Source: Candidatus Eiseniibacteriota bacterium (lineage in GTDB: Bacteria > Eisenbacteria > RBG-16-71-46 > JABDJR01). Taken from it: a stretch of DNA of 64,000 nucleotides. The position numbers and the translations under genes were made by a program. Shown here one piece after another: positions 11,855 through 20,553 of the stretch (the first letter of the stretch is position 1; each line of letters begins with the position of its first letter). The DNA is taken from positions 320,001 to 384,000 of the forward strand of contig CAVXKA010000002.1 of the NCBI GenBank assembly GCA_963762255.1. Direction: 5' to 3'. The notes below the pieces were generated by a model, which saw only the letters and a list, made by a program, of their open reading frames with translations, did no database searches and had not been told where the DNA came from.

Positions 11855-12877
11855 TCAGCCGAGCCGGATCTCGCGCCCTTCCAGGGCCGACTGATAGGTC
11901 GCCTCCAGGACGCGCAGCACGATCAGAGCATCCTCCCCCGACGAGACCGGAGTGGCGTCCCCCCGCACGCAGTCCACGAAGTGACGGATTTCGTTCTCAT
12001 AAGAGAGCTTGTACGTGTTGCGTCCGGTCGTCAGCGTCGGGGTCACGTTGACCAGGCTCCCGTGCATCTCCTTGTGCAGCCGCAGGGGATTCATGAGCGC
12101 GGCGCCGCGGTCGCCGAAGAGGTTCAGGTAGGCGAAGTCGCGCTCCATGAGAAGCCCCAGCGACACCTCCAGGGTGATGGTGACACCCCCTTCCACACGC
12201 AACAGCGCGGCCGCGCTCGTCTCCAACTCGTCGCGCTGCGGGCGCGGGTACGCGTTGGCGGTCACCGCCTCCACCTTCGGCATGCCCAGAAGCCACAGGG
12301 TCGTGTCGATCATCTGGGTGCCGAGATCGAGGAGCACTCCGCCGCCGGCGTAACGCTTCTTGGTCTTCCAGCTCTCGCCCCCCCAGTTTGCGGGTTGCAT
12401 GAGCCAACCGGTCTTCGCGTAGTAGACCGTACCCAGCTCGCCCTCGGCCACGAACCGCTTGAGGATCGCCGCGTCCTCGCGATAGCGGTTGTTGAAGCCG
12501 CTCATGAGGAGCTTCTTCTGCTTCTTCGCCGCCGCCACCATCTGCTCGGCTTCCTTGCTGTTCCGCGAGAAGGGCTTCTCGCAGAGCACGTGCTTCCCCG
12601 CTTCGAGGGCGGCGATGGCGGCCGGCGCGTGCAGGTGGTTGGGAAGACAGATGTCGACCGCGTCCACTTCATCCATGTCGATGAGATCCTGAAAGGACTT
12701 GGTCACGCGGGGCACGTTGAATCGCGTGGCCACGCGCTGCCCCTTGGCGAGATCGAGATCGCACAGCGCGGTCACGCTCACCCCCGGGATGCGCGCGTAC
12801 GCCGGGAGATGACTGACCTGGGCGATTCCCCCGACTCCGATGACCCCGATCCGGATCTCGCGTTCATCCTTCACCAC
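11855..12877 (-). CDS. Gfo/Idh/MocA family NAD(P)-dependent oxidoreductase
   Basis: GVGGIA Rossmann motif, AGKHVLCEKP, GGGVLLDLG. Confidence 0.9.
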   Translation of the reverse strand: MVKDEREIRIGVIGVGGIAQVSHLPAYARIPGVSVTALCDLDLAKGQRVATRFNVPRVTKSFQDLIDMDEVDAVDICLPNHLHAPAAIAALEAGKHVLCEKPFSRNSKEAEQMVAAAKKQKKLLMSGFNNRYREDAAILKRFVAEGELGTVYYAKTGWLMQPANWGGESWKTKKRYAGGGVLLDLGTQMIDTTLWLLGMPKVEAVTANAYPRPQRDELETSAAALLRVEGGVTITLEVSLGLLMERDFAYLNLFGDRGAALMNPLRLHKEMHGSLVNVTPTLTTGRNTYKLSYENEIRHFVDCVRGDATPVSSGEDALIVLRVLEATYQSALEGREIRLG

Positions 12878-13902
12878 GACGCCCTACCCTCCATGCGCAC
12901 GGTACCGTCGCCCGGCACCACGTCGCCGATCACGAACCCGCCGAACCCGGCGCCGGTCAGCGCCTCGTCCACTCGCTCGCGGTCCACCCCAACGATCAGA
13001 CCCACGCCCATGTTGAAAGCGCGGAACATCTCCGTCTCCGGCACCTCGCCGCTTTCGGCGATGAGCTTGAAGAGCGGGGGCACGCTCCAGGCGGAGCATT
13101 TCACGCGCGCCGAGGTTCCCTCGGGGAGCACGCGGTTCAGGTTGCCGGGGATCCCGCCGCCGGTGATGTGGGCGGCCCCCTTCATGATCCCGCGCAGCGC
13201 GCGCAGGACAGGTCGATACGACCGATGCACGGCCAGCAGTGCGTCCCCCAGCGGAACCCCGGCACCGGGCACCTCGGCCTCTGGCGAGAGTCCCGCCTCA
13301 TCAAAGAGCGCGCGCCGGGCCAGCGAGTAGCCGTTGGTGTGAAGGCCCGTCGAGGGGAAGCCGAGAAGCGCGTCGCCCGGCCTGAGCGTGCGGCCGTCGA
13401 CGAAATCCTCGCGGCGCACCGTGCCCACGATGCATCCGACGAGGTCGAGATCGGGAGGGGTGTAGATGCCCGGCATCTCGGCGGTTTCCCCGCCGAGGAG
13501 CGCGCAGCCGTTGGCCCGGCACCCGCGCACCACCCCCTCCACCACCTGCTCCACCGTTGCCGGATCGAGCTTGCCCATGCCCACATAATCCAGGAAGAAG
13601 AGCGGATCGGCCCCGTGCACCCCGATGTCGCCCACGCAGTGGTTGACGAGATCCTCGCCAACGGTGTCGTAGCGGCCGAGCCGAGCCGCCACCTTCAGCT
13701 TGGTGCCTACGCCGTCCACGCTGGCCACCAGAAGGAGGTCGGGATCCCCGCCGGGAATCGTGCACACGCCGCCGAAGGAACCGAGGTCGGTGAGCACGTT
13801 GGGGCCATAGGTGGAGCGAACCCGCTCCTTGATGCGACGAACCGCCTCCCCGCCGGCGTCGATGTCCACTCCGGCGTCGCGATAGTGGAGGGGCGGCGTC
13901 AC
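12871..13902 (-). CDS. purM: Phosphoribosylformylglycinamidine cyclo-ligase (AIR synthetase)
   Basis: YRDAGVDI, DGVGTKL, GGETAEMPG, GLHTNGYSL, HITGGG, FNMGVG. Confidence 0.96.
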   Translation of the reverse strand: MTPPLHYRDAGVDIDAGGEAVRRIKERVRSTYGPNVLTDLGSFGGVCTIPGGDPDLLLVASVDGVGTKLKVAARLGRYDTVGEDLVNHCVGDIGVHGADPLFFLDYVGMGKLDPATVEQVVEGVVRGCRANGCALLGGETAEMPGIYTPPDLDLVGCIVGTVRREDFVDGRTLRPGDALLGFPSTGLHTNGYSLARRALFDEAGLSPEAEVPGAGVPLGDALLAVHRSYRPVLRALRGIMKGAAHITGGGIPGNLNRVLPEGTSARVKCSAWSVPPLFKLIAESGEVPETEMFRAFNMGVGLIVGVDRERVDEALTGAGFGGFVIGDVVPGDGTVRMEGRASW

Positions 13903-13912
13903 GGCGACCCCC

Positions 13913-15307
13913 CTACACCGTGCTCGCGCTGACGAGCTCGGGCCGGGCCAGCGGCTCCGGCTCGACCGCCGCCGGTAGCGTCGGAGTCCCCACCTTGATC
14001 TCGCCGCGGGAAACGAGACGCTCCAACGCTTCCACCACCGCCGGATCGAATTGCGATCCCGTGCAACGGCGCAGCTCGGACAATGCCTTCTCCAGCGTGA
14101 ATGCCTTGCGGTAGACCCGGTCGGAGGTCATGGCGTCAAACGCGTCCGCGACCATGACGATGCGCGCTCCCAACGGGAGATCGCGGTTCGGGAGCCGATG
14201 GTAGCCGTTTCCGTCGAGCCGCTCGTGGTGGAATCGCACCAGCGGAGCCACCGGTCGGAATGCGCGCACGCGCTCGAGGATGTCCGCGCCGAGTCCGGCG
14301 TGCAGGCTGACATGGTCCATCTCCTCGCGCGTCAGAGGGCCGGGCTTGAGGATCAGTTCCCGCTGCGAGGTCTTGATCTTGCCGATGTCGTGCAGGAGGC
14401 CGCCGTACTCGACCTTCTCCACCGCCCGCTCGGGGAGACCCATCTCGCGCCCGATCTGTCCGGCGTAGCGGCTCACCCGCTGCGAGTGCAGGCTGGTGTA
14501 GGGATCGAACTCGTCGATGACCCCCGCCAGCACGCCCGCGAAGTCGATGAGATCGCGCTTGGCTTCGGCGTAGAGCTTGAAGCTGTAGCGGGCGAGGAGG
14601 AGCGGCAGAACGAAGAGCACGACGCCCCACACGCCGAGCGCTCGGAAGGCCACCGCGAGCGCGGCACCGAAAGGCAGCGAGGCCACCATGTGGAAGATCG
14701 TCCAGACGTAGTTGATCTGCCACACCTGCCACATGCGCCGGCGCTCCGAGAGCGCGATCACGGTGCTCACGATCAGCGTGTTGAGCGTGTAGTACGCGAG
14801 CCCCATGCCGAGGATGGGGACAAGGCTCTGCGGGAACGCCAGCGCCTCGCCGGGCACGCCCCCCAGAAGCTGGAAAACCCGACCGGCCACGAGCACCGTG
14901 CCGGCGAAAGCCGCGGCGTTGAACACCGATTTCTGGAATGGCCGGCGCTGACACCCGACCTGCAGCACCAGAGTGGCCATGAACTCGGCCAGCGCGGTGG
15001 GTATCGGGCCGAGGATGAGAATGCCCGCGTAATCGACGGTGGAGGAGACGGTGATGTAGCCGCCGCCGGGCAGCGTCACCGGAGCGGCATCGGTGACAAG
15101 GATGAGCAGGGCCCAGAGAAGGATCAGAAGCCACGGTGCGCCGACGAGACCGGGGACGCTCCAACCCAGGAGAAGCAGCCCCCCGCCCACGATGAAGACG
15201 TAGTAAGGCATGAACCAGCGGGACGGTTGCACCGCAATCGATCCGGCGCAGACCGGGGACGCCGGCGCACCGTCTCTCCTCGCGCCTCCCCACAGGCGCA
15301 TCCGCAT
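13913..15307 (-). CDS. Membrane-bound HD-GYP domain protein (putative cyclic dinucleotide phosphodiesterase) with multi-TM N-terminal sensor
   Basis: About 7 hydrophobic segments, then DPYT..HSQRV, LLHDIGK, HHERLDGNGY, ARIVMVADAFDAMTSDRVYR. GGAGG upstream of ATG 15307. Confidence 0.9.
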   Translation of the reverse strand: MRMRLWGGARRDGAPASPVCAGSIAVQPSRWFMPYYVFIVGGGLLLLGWSVPGLVGAPWLLILLWALLILVTDAAPVTLPGGGYITVSSTVDYAGILILGPIPTALAEFMATLVLQVGCQRRPFQKSVFNAAAFAGTVLVAGRVFQLLGGVPGEALAFPQSLVPILGMGLAYYTLNTLIVSTVIALSERRRMWQVWQINYVWTIFHMVASLPFGAALAVAFRALGVWGVVLFVLPLLLARYSFKLYAEAKRDLIDFAGVLAGVIDEFDPYTSLHSQRVSRYAGQIGREMGLPERAVEKVEYGGLLHDIGKIKTSQRELILKPGPLTREEMDHVSLHAGLGADILERVRAFRPVAPLVRFHHERLDGNGYHRLPNRDLPLGARIVMVADAFDAMTSDRVYRKAFTLEKALSELRRCTGSQFDPAVVEALERLVSRGEIKVGTPTLPAAVEPEPLARPELVSASTV

Positions 15308-15359
15308 GGTCAGAGCCCTCCGTTAAAAATGAACCGGCCGACGAATCACTACCCTGCGA

Positions 15360-15422
15360 CTAGATCCACCCGGACTTGCCGTCAAAAATCAGGGACATAA
15401 GGCTCAAGAGAAGCTCCCACAT
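15360..15422 (-). CDS. Unannotated 20-aa peptide MWELLLSLMSLIFDGKSGWI
   Basis: Manual translation from ATG 15422 to TAG 15360. AAGGAG RBS at 15430-15435, 7 nt before the ATG. Lies in an otherwise empty intergenic gap. Confidence 0.6.
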   Translation of the reverse strand: MWELLLSLMSLIFDGKSGWI

Positions 15423-15525
15423 AGCCACACTCCTTGGTTTGGGCTTGATGCATGCTGGCTGCCGTGTGGATCGCTTCGCTCTTTCGCTTGCTTGGCTCCG
15501 TTACGCGCTTTGGTGGATGTCTGTC

Positions 15526-16290
15526 TCAGGACATGGTCGTCGGCCGGATCTCGTACTCCACCGGCTCCCGGTACCGGAGCCTGCCCAGAGTACGATTGAG
15601 GCTGTCCAACGTACCATAGACCACGGACTGCTGCAAATCGTGGCTGACCACGCAAGACCCGGTTAACGTCTTCTCGATTCGATCTTTAAAGAACTTGATT
15701 GCAACGAGAACTACCTCCTCCCCCCCGAACTCCAGAACCTCGAGATCGATCAGGGAGAGGACGTAGGAATCGTCCAGGAAGCGTGAAATGGCGGAGAGCG
15801 TCGCCTCCGCGATGAGCCGCGGCACCTGGCGCCGGGTATTGGCCCCCACCGCGTCGCCCACCGCCTCGCGATCCCCAAGCGAGAGTTCCACGCGGGCCCG
15901 GCAGGTGGACTGGTCGATACCGACGGTCACCCCCACGAACCGGAGCCGGATGGCTGCGGGTTCCTCATCGACGCGCCCCGCGGGGAGGGTCAGCACGGTG
16001 GGAAGCGTTCGGGCCGCCGGCTCGGGCACCACCTCCAGCGAGGGTTCGCGCTTCTGTGCTACCGAGATCTTTCGATAGTCGACGTCGACCTGGAACTCGG
16101 CGCGCAGAGCGGAGCGCACATCACGCACGATTTGCTTGGGAGGGCGCTGCCCTTCGGCCAGGATGCTGATCTCGGTGATCTCGCGGCCGTCTTCGGACAG
16201 CGTGATGCCGACCCCGGCGATGTCGCGGAGGCTGAGCAGAAGCTTCTCCGCTTGGGCCACCCAATCGCGGCCCCAGGACCCGTCGTTCAA
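15526..16290 (-). CDS. Conserved-looking hypothetical protein (PKQIVRD motif; C-terminal alpha/beta repeats reminiscent of the LeuA regulatory domain)
   Basis: Clean 254-aa ORF with normal composition, PPKQIVRDVRSAL..DYRKISVAQ and terminal YGTLDSLNR. Has its own promoter. Confidence 0.75.
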   Translation of the reverse strand: MNDGSWGRDWVAQAEKLLLSLRDIAGVGITLSEDGREITEISILAEGQRPPKQIVRDVRSALRAEFQVDVDYRKISVAQKREPSLEVVPEPAARTLPTVLTLPAGRVDEEPAAIRLRFVGVTVGIDQSTCRARVELSLGDREAVGDAVGANTRRQVPRLIAEATLSAISRFLDDSYVLSLIDLEVLEFGGEEVVLVAIKFFKDRIEKTLTGSCVVSHDLQQSVVYGTLDSLNRTLGRLRYREPVEYEIRPTTMS

Positions 16291-16322
16291 TCCGCCCCCT
16301 CTGCCAAGAAAGGTTGACCGTC

Positions 16323-16351
16323 TTTATACCAGAGCGGCCGGAAAGTGACAA
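16323..16351 (-). promoter_or_regulatory. sigma70-type promoter TTGTCA-N17-TATAAA
   Basis: Near-consensus hexamers with 17-nt spacing, 33 nt upstream of the 16290 start. Confidence 0.7.
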
Positions 16352-16370
16352 GGCTAGAGGGGACAACGCC

Positions 16371-17273
16371 TTAGAAAACCACCATCCGGTGCATCTCCTG
16401 AAACCGGGCCTCGATCTCCTCGCGGCTGGCGGTAGCCAGGCGCTCGAGGCTGAAGGCCTCCACCGTGAACGAGGCGAGAACGGTGCCGTAGATGGCGGCG
16501 CGGCGGACGTCCGCCTCCTGGCAGGGGGCGGGGCAGGAGGCCAAGTAGCCCAGGAACCCGCCGGCAAAGGTGTCCCCCGCTCCCGTCGGATCGTGAATGA
16601 CTTCGGTTGGGTAGGCGGGGGCGGAGAAGGTGAACTCGCGGGTGAGAACGAGCGACCCGTGCTCCCCCTTCTTGATGATGACCATGGGCGGCCCCATCTC
16701 CATGGTCTTGCGCGCAGCTCGCACCAGGTGGGGCTCTCCGGTGAGCATGCGGACTTCCTCGTCGTTGAGCAGCACCACATCCACGCGGCGCAGCGTGTCG
16801 GCGAGGGCCTCGCGGCTCCCCTCGATCCACAAGTTCATGGTGTCGAGCACCACGAGATCCGGCTTCTCCACCTGATCCAGCACCGCCGCCTGCAGCTCGG
16901 GATGGATGTTGGCCAGAAACACGTGACGGGAGCGGCGATGCTCCTCGGAAAGACGCGGCTGGAACGTGGCGAACACGTTGAGTTGCGTATCGAGGGTGCG
17001 GCGCGTGTTGAAGTCGAAGCCGTACTCCCCGGACCAGCGGAAGGACCGACCCGGCGCGACCACCAGACCGGAGATGTCGATCCCTCGCTCGCGGAAGAAG
17101 TCGATGTGCCGCCGGGGGAAGTCCTCCCCGACGACCGCCACCATCGATACGGGAGCGAAATGCTGCGCGGCCACGGAAAAGTAAGATGCCGACCCACCGA
17201 GGGCGTCGGGGGCCTCTCCGAAGGGCGTCTTTATCGAGTCCAGGGCCACCGAGCCCACCACGAGCACGCTCAC
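16371..17273 (-). CDS. PfkB-family carbohydrate/nucleoside kinase
   Basis: GSVALD, GGSASY, NDEE, DPTGAGDTFAGG signature. Confidence 0.92.
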   Translation of the reverse strand: MSVLVVGSVALDSIKTPFGEAPDALGGSASYFSVAAQHFAPVSMVAVVGEDFPRRHIDFFRERGIDISGLVVAPGRSFRWSGEYGFDFNTRRTLDTQLNVFATFQPRLSEEHRRSRHVFLANIHPELQAAVLDQVEKPDLVVLDTMNLWIEGSREALADTLRRVDVVLLNDEEVRMLTGEPHLVRAARKTMEMGPPMVIIKKGEHGSLVLTREFTFSAPAYPTEVIHDPTGAGDTFAGGFLGYLASCPAPCQEADVRRAAIYGTVLASFTVEAFSLERLATASREEIEARFQEMHRMVVF

Positions 17274-17310
17274 CTCGCTGATCCTCCTCTTCGGGCCGAG
17301 GGCCCGTTCC

Positions 17311-18962
17311 CTACATGCGCTCCGGGGCGTCGATGTCCAGGAGGGCGAGCCCGTTGGCCAGCACGAGCCGCGCTCCCTGGGTCAGAGCCAGTCGCGCGGC
17401 GCTGAGCCGGGGCTCGGCCCCCACCACGCGGCAATGGTGATAGAAGAGATGAAACGCCTGCGCGACGTCGCGGAGATACGTGGTCACCCGATGCGGCTCG
17501 CGCGCCTCGGCCGCTCCCGCCACCACCGACGGCAGCATGAGGAGGACCTTCATCAACTCCAGTTCCTGCTCCTCGACCAGGAGCGCCAGATCCGCCCCTT
17601 CCGACGACGGCGCTCCCTCTTCCGCCGCCTTGCGCAGAAGCCCCGAGATGCGGGCGTGGGCGTACTTCACGTAGAAGACCGGGTTCTCGTCGCTCTGCTT
17701 TCTGGCGAGATCCATGTCGAAGTCGAGGTGGCTCTCGGCGCGACGCTGCAGGAAGAAGAAGATCGCGGCGTCCTTGCCGACGTCCTCGAGGAGATCGACG
17801 AGGGTGATGAACTCCCCGCGGCGCTTGGACATCTTGACCGGTTGGCCGCCGGCGAGCAGGTTCACCTGTTGAACGATGAGCACTTCGAGCCAGTCGCGCC
17901 CGTAGCCCAGGGCCTCCATCCCCGCTTGCATGCGGCCGATGTAGCCGTGGTGATCGGGGCCCCAGATGTCGATGACCTTCTCGAACCCCCGCTCGTGCTT
18001 GTCCACGTGGTACGCGAGGTCGGCGAGGAAGTAGGTAGGCTCGCCGTTGGCCCGCACCAGCACGCGGTCCTGGTCGTCGCCGAAGGCCGTGGAGTGGAAC
18101 CACACCGCGCCGTCGCGTTCCTCGACCCGCCCCAACCGGCGCATCTCGTCGAGCGCATGCCACACCCGGTCCGGATAGAGCTCGCTCTGGCGGAACCAGC
18201 GGTCGAAGGTGGCGCCGTAGGCGGCGAGATCGCGCCGCTGCCAGGCCTGGATACGGTCCACGGCGATGCGGCTCATCGCCGAGCGCGGGCGCCCGCGTCG
18301 TCGAGGGCCAGCACGGAGTCGACCTCCGCCGCATCCAGCTCTCGCGCCACGTCCTTCAGGTACTCGCCCTGGTATCCCCCCTCCGGGATGACCGCCTCGC
18401 CCTCGCCGCGCGCCTCGCGCCAGCGGGCGAGAAGGCTCTCCCCGAGCAGGTCGATCTGCCGTCCCACGTTGTTCACGTAGAACTCGGAGGCCGCGTCGTA
18501 GCCCGCCGCGGCAAGCAGGCGCGTGAGCGCTCCGCCGAACGCCGCGGCGCGGGCGTTCACCACGTTCAGGGGGCCTGTGGGGTTCGCGCTCACGAACTCC
18601 ACCTGCACGCGCTTGCCGGCGCCGGTGTCGCTCTTGCCCCAGTCCGGTCCGGCGGCGAGGATCTCGCCGAGGCCCCGCTGCACGAGCGCGGGGGCGAGGC
18701 GAAGGTTGATGAAGCCGGGGCCGGCGATCTCGACCGACGCGAAGAGGTCCGCGCGCGCGCGAAGCGCGGCGGCCAGCGGCTCGGCCACCTCTCGCGGAGC
18801 CCGCCGGAGCGGCTTGGCCAGCAGCATCGCGGCGCTGGTGGCGAAGTCGCCGTGCCCCTTCTCGCGCGGGACTTCGATCTCGGCGACGATCCCGGTCTGT
18901 GCCGCCTCGGGCACCGCCTGCCGAAGCGCCTCGCTCAGCGCCTCACGAATCTGCCGTTCCAT
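17311..18962 (-). CDS. argS: Arginine--tRNA ligase, split by an indel about 18280
   Basis: HGDFAT, AGPGFIN, VEFVSANPTGPL, TYFLADLAYH, WGPDHHGY, KMSKRRG, NPVFYVKYAHAR, DALR-type C-terminus APERM. Confidence 0.93.
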
Positions 18963-19324
18963 CGTCCTTCTTCTCCAGCGGCGCGTCGGCCCACAACCGT
19001 TCCAGGGTGTAGACGTCGCGCGTGCGGGCGTGGAAGACGTGGACCACCACGTGCACGTAGTCGAGAAGCACCCACGTCCTCATCTTCATCCCCTCCACGT
19101 GCCACGGCTCTCTCCCCCGTCTCGCGCAAACCTTCCTCGATGCGCTCCGCCACCGCCGCCACCTGCGGCTCGGACTGCGCGCTCGCGATGACGAAGTAGT
19201 CGCAGACAGCGGCAGTCTTGCGCAGGTCGAGGACCACCACATCGGTGGCCAGCTTCTCGAGCGCAAGGTCCGCCGCACGGTCGGCCAGGGCGCGTGAGTC
19301 GGGGAGAGGGCGGGTCTTGTTCAC
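18943..19324 (-). CDS. rsfS: Ribosome silencing factor, indel about 19115
   Basis: DVVVLDL..CDYFVIAS in one frame; WVLLDY..VVHVF..RDVYTLERLW in the next. Confidence 0.9.
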
Positions 19325-19330
19325 GCCGGG

Positions 19331-20344
19331 CTACTGGCGCCGATCGAGAACGTACTCCACGGCGTCGTGGAGCGTGTCGCGAATGGGGTTGGAATCGAAG
19401 ACGTCGAGCAACTCGATCGCACGATCGGCGTAGCTGCGGGCGCGCTGGCGGGCGTAGGCGAGGCCGCCGTACTCGTCGGCGAAATGCGCCACCTCGGCGG
19501 CGCCCCCGTCGTCGAGATCGCCCGCGGTCATGCGCTCGCGGATGCGCTCCACCACGGCCGGCGGGGCGCTGCGCGCCGCGTGAATGAGGGGAAGCGTGAT
19601 CTTGCCGTCCCGGATGTCGGAACGTGTGTTCTTGCCCATGACATTGGCGTCACCCTCGATGTCGAGGATGTCGTCGGTGATCTGGAAGGCCATGCCGAGG
19701 TTCAGACCGAAATCGGTGAGCACCCGGCGCTCGCGCCCGTCTCCCCAGGCGAGGTAGGCGCCGATCTCGCAGGCGGCGGCCAGGAGTACCGCCGTCTTGT
19801 CCATGATCAGCCGGTTGTAGACCTCTTCGGTGAGGTCGAAGTTGAGCTGGTGCTCGAGCTCCAGCATCTCGCCCAGGCTCATGCGGTGAGTGGTGCGGGC
19901 CAGCACGTGCATCGGCTCCAACATCCCCCGCTCCACCAGCAGGAAGAAGGCCTTGGAGTAGAGATAGTCGCCCATGATCACCGAGGTCTGGTCGTTCCAG
20001 AGACTGTTCACGGTGGGAATGCCCCGGCGCAGGAAGGAGCGGTCGATGGAGTCGTCGTGGACCAGGGTGGCGGTGTGCACCAACTCCACGATGGTCGCGG
20101 CGAGAATCGCATCCGAGGAGGCCGGTCCGCGAAGACGGTTGACGAGCAACAGCAAGGTAGGGCGGAATCGCTTGCCGTTGGCCCGGAGCATGTGGGTCGA
20201 GATCTCGTTGATGAGCCGCACATCGGAGACGAAGAAGCGGGCAAGCTCTTCCCGGACCCGGGCGAGTTCGTCCCCCACCGGGCGCTGCAGGTCGTCCATG
20301 GTGACCCGAAGGCTCGCGTCCGTTCCCTGGGCTCTTTCCATCAT
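19331..20344 (-). CDS. Long-chain polyprenyl diphosphate synthase (IspB/HepT-like); start uncertain
   Basis: GKRFRP, LVHDDSID..RRG (FARM), FQITDDILD (SARM), GKITLP. Confidence 0.92.
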   Translation of the reverse strand: MMERAQGTDASLRVTMDDLQRPVGDELARVREELARFFVSDVRLINEISTHMLRANGKRFRPTLLLLVNRLRGPASSDAILAATIVELVHTATLVHDDSIDRSFLRRGIPTVNSLWNDQTSVIMGDYLYSKAFFLLVERGMLEPMHVLARTTHRMSLGEMLELEHQLNFDLTEEVYNRLIMDKTAVLLAAACEIGAYLAWGDGRERRVLTDFGLNLGMAFQITDDILDIEGDANVMGKNTRSDIRDGKITLPLIHAARSAPPAVVERIRERMTAGDLDDGGAAEVAHFADEYGGLAYARQRARSYADRAIELLDVFDSNPIRDTLHDAVEYVLDRRQ

Positions 20345-20524
20345 CGATACGGGTTCCTGGGCGCCACGGTCAACGTGCGCAGCAACGGATCGGTGTGGGT
20401 GGACCTGTGGCGGGATGGCCGCGGAGTAGCCGGCCGCGGGGGTTCGCGGCGAGCACACCAAGGACGTCGGAACCGCCGGCACGGCGGTCCCAGGGGCTCG
20501 AGCACCCGCCTGGAAATCGGACGA

Positions 20525-20553
20525 ACCGTATCAGGAGGACTTAGGAGTGTCAA
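20525..20553 (-). promoter_or_regulatory. sigma70-type promoter TTGACA-N17-TACGGT
   Basis: Perfect -35 with a 17-nt spacer, overlapping the M23 gene stop and upstream of the polyprenyl synthase. Confidence 0.55.
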
